A DNA stretch of 32,000 bases, taken from positions 1 through 32,000 of the forward strand of contig NZ_AOOE01000043.1 in the NCBI RefSeq assembly GCF_000406145.1, given 5' to 3'. Position numbers and translations under genes: made by a program. The notes under the pieces are model-generated. The model worked only from the letters and a program-made list of their open reading frames with translations, made no database searches and had not been told where the DNA came from. Positions 28,197 through 32,000 of the stretch are shown one piece after another. The DNA is from Dickeya dadantii NCPPB 898. Lineage in GTDB: Bacteria; Pseudomonadota; Gammaproteobacteria; Enterobacterales; Enterobacteriaceae. Position 1 is the stretch's first letter. Each line of letters begins with the position of its first letter.

Positions 28197-31187
28197 ATGC
28201 TGGCAACCCTGACAGATTACAAACAACAAATTACGCTGATTCAGAATAGCGGTATTCAGTTTCTCGATTTTGCGTTAAAGCTCCCGCCGGCCCGGTCAAG
28301 CTTCGCCAATCGCTTTGTTCGCAAGAGCGCCAACGGGCCGCTGTTGCGGCTGACGTACAACGAACACAGCGGAAAATACGCCTTGCCGAGCGCCATGCAG
28401 GTGCTGCCGGAAGCGGTCAATCCGGAATCCAGTTACACGCTGGAACAGTCGTTGCGTCTGCTGAGCAACGTATGGCTGCCGCTGCCTTTTTTCCGTTTTA
28501 ACCCGCCGCGGACCTTCATGGGCGGCCCAAACAACTGGGCGCGGGTACAGGTGCTGGAGCTGGGCGAGCCGGACGATGACGGCAACACCCACCGCCTCTG
28601 TCTGGCCTTCGATACCCGTGTTTATCCGGAAAGTCACGATCTGGAAGCGCTGGCGCCCAGCGAAAGCGACATCAACGCCGGGCGCTTGTTCACGCTGGCC
28701 TACCACAGTGAAGAACTGGACGATTTCCTCGACCAGACCTGGGTGGACGGCTGGCTGCGCGAAGCATTTTCCCAGCAGGCGCTGGTGGTGGAAAGCCGCA
28801 AACCCCGCGATATCCGCCAGAATCTGCGTGAATTCGAATATCAGGCGCATTACCTGAATTTGCTGGATATTATGGCGACGCTGCTGGATGTGCCGGAAAT
28901 CCGCATCACCAGCGGTACGCTGAAAGAGCCGGCCATCAATGTGGATCTGATTCTTGACGTCGGTAACTCCCACACCGCCGGGATCCTGGTGGAGGATCAC
29001 GCCGACGAAAGCAACGGCCTCAAGCAGACCTACGAGCTACAGATCCGCGATTTGAGCCAGCCTCATTATCTGTACAACGAGCTGTTCGACAGCCGGGTGG
29101 AGTTCGCCCAGGCGCGCTTCGGCAAGCAAAACTTCTCCTTCGAAAGCGGCCGCGACGATGCGTTTGTCTGGCCGTCGATTACCCGCGTCGGGCGCGAGGC
29201 CAGCCGTCTGGCGCTACAGCGTCAGGGAACCGAGGGTTCCAGCGGTATTTCCAGCCCGCGCCGTTATCTGTGGGACGAAGAGCCGTATGTGCCGGGCTGG
29301 CGTTTCAGCCAGACCAACAGCCCGCGTCAGCAGGAGCCGCTGGCGACCGCCATGCCGTTGACCATGCTGGTCAACGATGAAGGCCAGCCGCTGTTCAGCC
29401 TGCCGCTGGACGAACGCCTGCCGGTGTTCGACCCGCACTACAGCCGCAGTTCGGTGATGACGTTCATGCTCTCAGAACTGCTGGCGCAGGCGCTGATGCA
29501 AATGAACAGCCCCGCCCAACGCCTGAAGATGATTCACGCCAACGCGCCGCGTCAGTTACGCAACATTATTCTGACCCTGCCCTCGGCGATGCCTAAACCG
29601 GAACGCGAGATCTTCCGGCGGCGGATGATCGAAGCGATCGGTCTGGTGTGGAAAGCGATGGGCTGGCACCCGGCCGATGAGGATTTCCTGACGGTGGAGG
29701 GTAAGCGCCACAGCAGCATGCCGGTGCCGGAAGTCCAGATGGAGTGGGATGAAGCCACCTGCGGACAGATGGTGTACCTCTACAACGAAGCGCAGGTGAA
29801 TTTCGGCGGCCGGGCGGAGGCGTTCTTCGCCAGCATGGCGCGGCCGGACAAAGAACTGGCGGACGACGAACAGCCGGGGAAAACCTTGCGCATCGCGTCT
29901 ATCGATATCGGCGGCGGCACCACCGATCTGGCGATTACCCAATACTGGCTGGACGACGGCGTCGGCAGCAACGTCAAAATCATCCCCCGTCTGCTGTTTC
30001 GTGAAGGGTTTAAAGTCGCCGGCGATGACATTCTGCTGGATGTGATCCAGCTGTATGTGCTGCCGGCGTTGCAGGTCGCGCTGAAAAAAGCCGGCGTCAC
30101 CAGCCCGGACAGCCTGATGACCCGGCTGTTCGGCAGCGAAGGCCGCATGGACGGCCAGCTGACGCTGCGCCAGCAGGTCACGCTGCAAATGTTCATTCCT
30201 ATCGGTCAAGCGATTCTGGAAGCCTACGAACAGTTCGACCCGCTCGATCTGAACGCGGAAATCGACACCACATTCGGCGAAATGCTGCCGCAGGCGCCGA
30301 CGCGCAAAGTACTGGAATACGTCAACAGCGAGATCCAGCGTGAATTGCCGGACGAGGAAACGCCGTTCGATATTCTGCAGGTGCCGCTGATTCTGCGTCT
30401 TGGCAAGCTGCACAGCGAATTTCTGGCCAACCGCATGAGCATTACCCAGCACCTGCGGCTGATGTCGGAAGTGGTGTCGCTGTATGCCTGCGACGTGCTG
30501 CTGCTGACCGGCCGTCCGTCCCGTTTTCCGGGTATTCAGGCGCTGTTCCGCCACCTGCAGCCGCTGCCGATTAACCGCATGATGTCGCTGGATGGCTATC
30601 ACACCAGCGACTGGTATCCGTTTAACAAGCGCGGGCGTATCGAAAACCCGAAATCCACCGCCGCGGTGGGCGCGATGCTGTGCCTGCTGGCGCTGGATCT
30701 GCGTCTGCCCGGTTTCTACTTCAAAGCCGGGGATTTCGAACCCTATTCCACCGTGCGCTACCTCGGTATGTTGGACAGCAGCCACACCCTCACCACCGAT
30801 AACGTCTACTATAACGATATCGATCTGGATGACGCCGATTTCACGCTGGACGATCAGTCCGGTTTCGAAGTACGCGGCTCACTGTGCCTCGGCTTTCGCC
30901 AGTTGGACAACGAACGCTGGCCCGCTTCACCGCTCTACTCGCTGTCGATCGTCGATCCGGAACTGGCCCGCAAGGTGGCCGGCGACAGCGTACTGCACGT
31001 GCGCCTGAAAGTGGTGCCGGGCGACGATAACCTCACGCCGGAACGCGTCGAGATCGCCGACGCGGTGCTAGGCTCCGGGCTCGCCATTTCGCCGCATCAG
31101 CTAAGGCTGAAACTCAACACCTTGTCCAGCACGGTTTCCGGCATGGCACATTACTGGATCGATAGCGGGAGCGTCTTCAAGAAATGA
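28197..31187 (+). CDS. srfB: SrfB-like large protein with actin/Hsp70 (ASKHA)-type nucleotide-binding motifs
   Basis: 996 aa. The ATG lies 2 nt after the srfA stop. Motifs are LILDVGNSHTAGILVED (phosphate-1-like), IASIDIGGGTTDLAI (phosphate-2-like) and VLLLTGRPSRFPGIQ (adenosine-motif-like). Confidence 0.85.
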   Translation: MLATLTDYKQQITLIQNSGIQFLDFALKLPPARSSFANRFVRKSANGPLLRLTYNEHSGKYALPSAMQVLPEAVNPESSYTLEQSLRLLSNVWLPLPFFRFNPPRTFMGGPNNWARVQVLELGEPDDDGNTHRLCLAFDTRVYPESHDLEALAPSESDINAGRLFTLAYHSEELDDFLDQTWVDGWLREAFSQQALVVESRKPRDIRQNLREFEYQAHYLNLLDIMATLLDVPEIRITSGTLKEPAINVDLILDVGNSHTAGILVEDHADESNGLKQTYELQIRDLSQPHYLYNELFDSRVEFAQARFGKQNFSFESGRDDAFVWPSITRVGREASRLALQRQGTEGSSGISSPRRYLWDEEPYVPGWRFSQTNSPRQQEPLATAMPLTMLVNDEGQPLFSLPLDERLPVFDPHYSRSSVMTFMLSELLAQALMQMNSPAQRLKMIHANAPRQLRNIILTLPSAMPKPEREIFRRRMIEAIGLVWKAMGWHPADEDFLTVEGKRHSSMPVPEVQMEWDEATCGQMVYLYNEAQVNFGGRAEAFFASMARPDKELADDEQPGKTLRIASIDIGGGTTDLAITQYWLDDGVGSNVKIIPRLLFREGFKVAGDDILLDVIQLYVLPALQVALKKAGVTSPDSLMTRLFGSEGRMDGQLTLRQQVTLQMFIPIGQAILEAYEQFDPLDLNAEIDTTFGEMLPQAPTRKVLEYVNSEIQRELPDEETPFDILQVPLILRLGKLHSEFLANRMSITQHLRLMSEVVSLYACDVLLLTGRPSRFPGIQALFRHLQPLPINRMMSLDGYHTSDWYPFNKRGRIENPKSTAAVGAMLCLLALDLRLPGFYFKAGDFEPYSTVRYLGMLDSSHTLTTDNVYYNDIDLDDADFTLDDQSGFEVRGSLCLGFRQLDNERWPASPLYSLSIVDPELARKVAGDSVLHVRLKVVPGDDNLTPERVEIADAVLGSGLAISPHQLRLKLNTLSSTVSGMAHYWIDSGSVFKK

Positions 31188-32000
31188 AACCATTAACGCC
31201 CAAACAGCTGTCGAGCCGTCTCAGCCGTCAGTTACAGTCCGTTTCGCAAGGCGTGGATCAGGCGATCGCCTGGGTGGATGAAACCCGGCGCAACGTTCCC
31301 CGCCTGGATATGGAAGCCGATCGGCTTATCGTCAAGCTGCGGCGCTGTCGCAACAAGGCCCGCGGCCTGTCCGATTCGTCGTTAAAAGAGATCGCCATGG
31401 GCATGTTCGGGTTGGCTCAGGGCGGCAAAACTTATCTGCTGACCTCGCTGGCCGGTAACGAAAACGGACGAATTGAAACCTCTATCGGCGGCGTTACGTT
31501 GGATTACCAGAAAAACATCAATCCGGACAACCAGCAACCGGCCTTTGTCACCCGCTTTACCCGGCAGGCTGAAGGCAAAAACACCCCGAATCCGGTACAG
31601 GTCCAGTTGCTCAACGAGGCCGATATCGCCCGAATTATGGCCTATGCCTTCGTACTGGAAGACAGTCAGAACCCGGCGCCGGAGCTTGACGAACAGCATA
31701 TCGCCGAGCACCTGAAAACCCTGTCGTTGCACCGCCAGCAGGAAGCGGTGCCCGGGCTGGACGGCGATGACGTGGTCGCGTTGTGGGATTATCTGGTGCG
31801 CCACGACGCCCGGCGTCAAAAGCCGCTGGAACGCAAATTCTGGCCGCTGGCGGTGGAGCTGGCGCCGCACCTCAGCATCGACGACCGCGCCAGCCTGTTC
31901 TCGGTTCTGTGGGGCGAACAGTCGGAATACACTTCGCTCTACCGCCATTTCGCCCACACGCTGGAGCAATTGTCCGGCACCCGCAAGGTACTGGCGCCGA
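31184..32000 (+). CDS. srfC: SrfC-like P-loop NTPase, 5' part only (truncated by the window end)
   Basis: Not in the ORF track because there is no stop in the window. I hand-translated it from the ATG at 31184, which overlaps the srfB stop as ATGA: MKPLTPKQLSSRLSRQLQS...MGMFGLAQGGKTYLLTSLAG... The frame is open for all 272 codons to position 32000. Walker A GLAQGGKT is at 31409-31432. Confidence 0.8.
   Translation, partial: MKPLTPKQLSSRLSRQLQSVSQGVDQAIAWVDETRRNVPRLDMEADRLIVKLRRCRNKARGLSDSSLKEIAMGMFGLAQGGKTYLLTSLAGNENGRIETSIGGVTLDYQKNINPDNQQPAFVTRFTRQAEGKNTPNPVQVQLLNEADIARIMAYAFVLEDSQNPAPELDEQHIAEHLKTLSLHRQQEAVPGLDGDDVVALWDYLVRHDARRQKPLERKFWPLAVELAPHLSIDDRASLFSVLWGEQSEYTSLYRHFAHTLEQLSGTRKVLAP

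Overview
This window looks like an enterobacterial plant-pathogen chromosome of the Dickeya ('Erwinia chrysanthemi') type; that assignment rests on recalled protein sequences, and no search was run. Left to right it contains: tehA; a ClbS/DfsB-family gene (-); an AT-rich secreted bacterial expansin (YoaJ/EXLX1 type); a DUF3313-like lipoprotein; a Pqi/MCE envelope-transport operon with PqiA split into two half-genes (pqiA-N, pqiA-C, pqiB, pqiC); two tandem mini-lipoprotein ORFs of 23 and 26 aa that are missing from the ORF track; two divergent TetR-family regulators; an orphan periplasmic solute-binding protein flanked by a 17-bp x5 and a 19-bp x3 tandem repeat; and a Kup K+ transporter. The minus strand then carries the complete serralysin/T1SS cluster prtG-inh-prtD-prtE-prtF-prtB-prtC-prtA, followed by qorB (ytfG). 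The window ends with a translationally coupled srfA-srfB-srfC cassette; srfC runs off the window end and is also absent from the ORF track. The most interesting items are four. (1) srfABC is a conserved but biochemically uncharacterised module that reads as a membrane anchor plus an actin/Hsp70-like ATPase plus a P-loop NTPase. (2) A GTAC-centred 22-bp palindrome sits in the same position inside two promoters, those of the DUF3313-like lipoprotein and the mini-lipoproteins, and occurs in weaker form upstream of the adjacent TetR gene. (3) The mini-lipoproteins would have mature parts of only 5 and 8 residues. (4) Tandem repeat arrays bracket the orphan binding protein. I recognised no rRNA, tRNA, CRISPR array, transposase or integrase. 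Many long ORFs in the track are antisense shadows of GC-rich genes.
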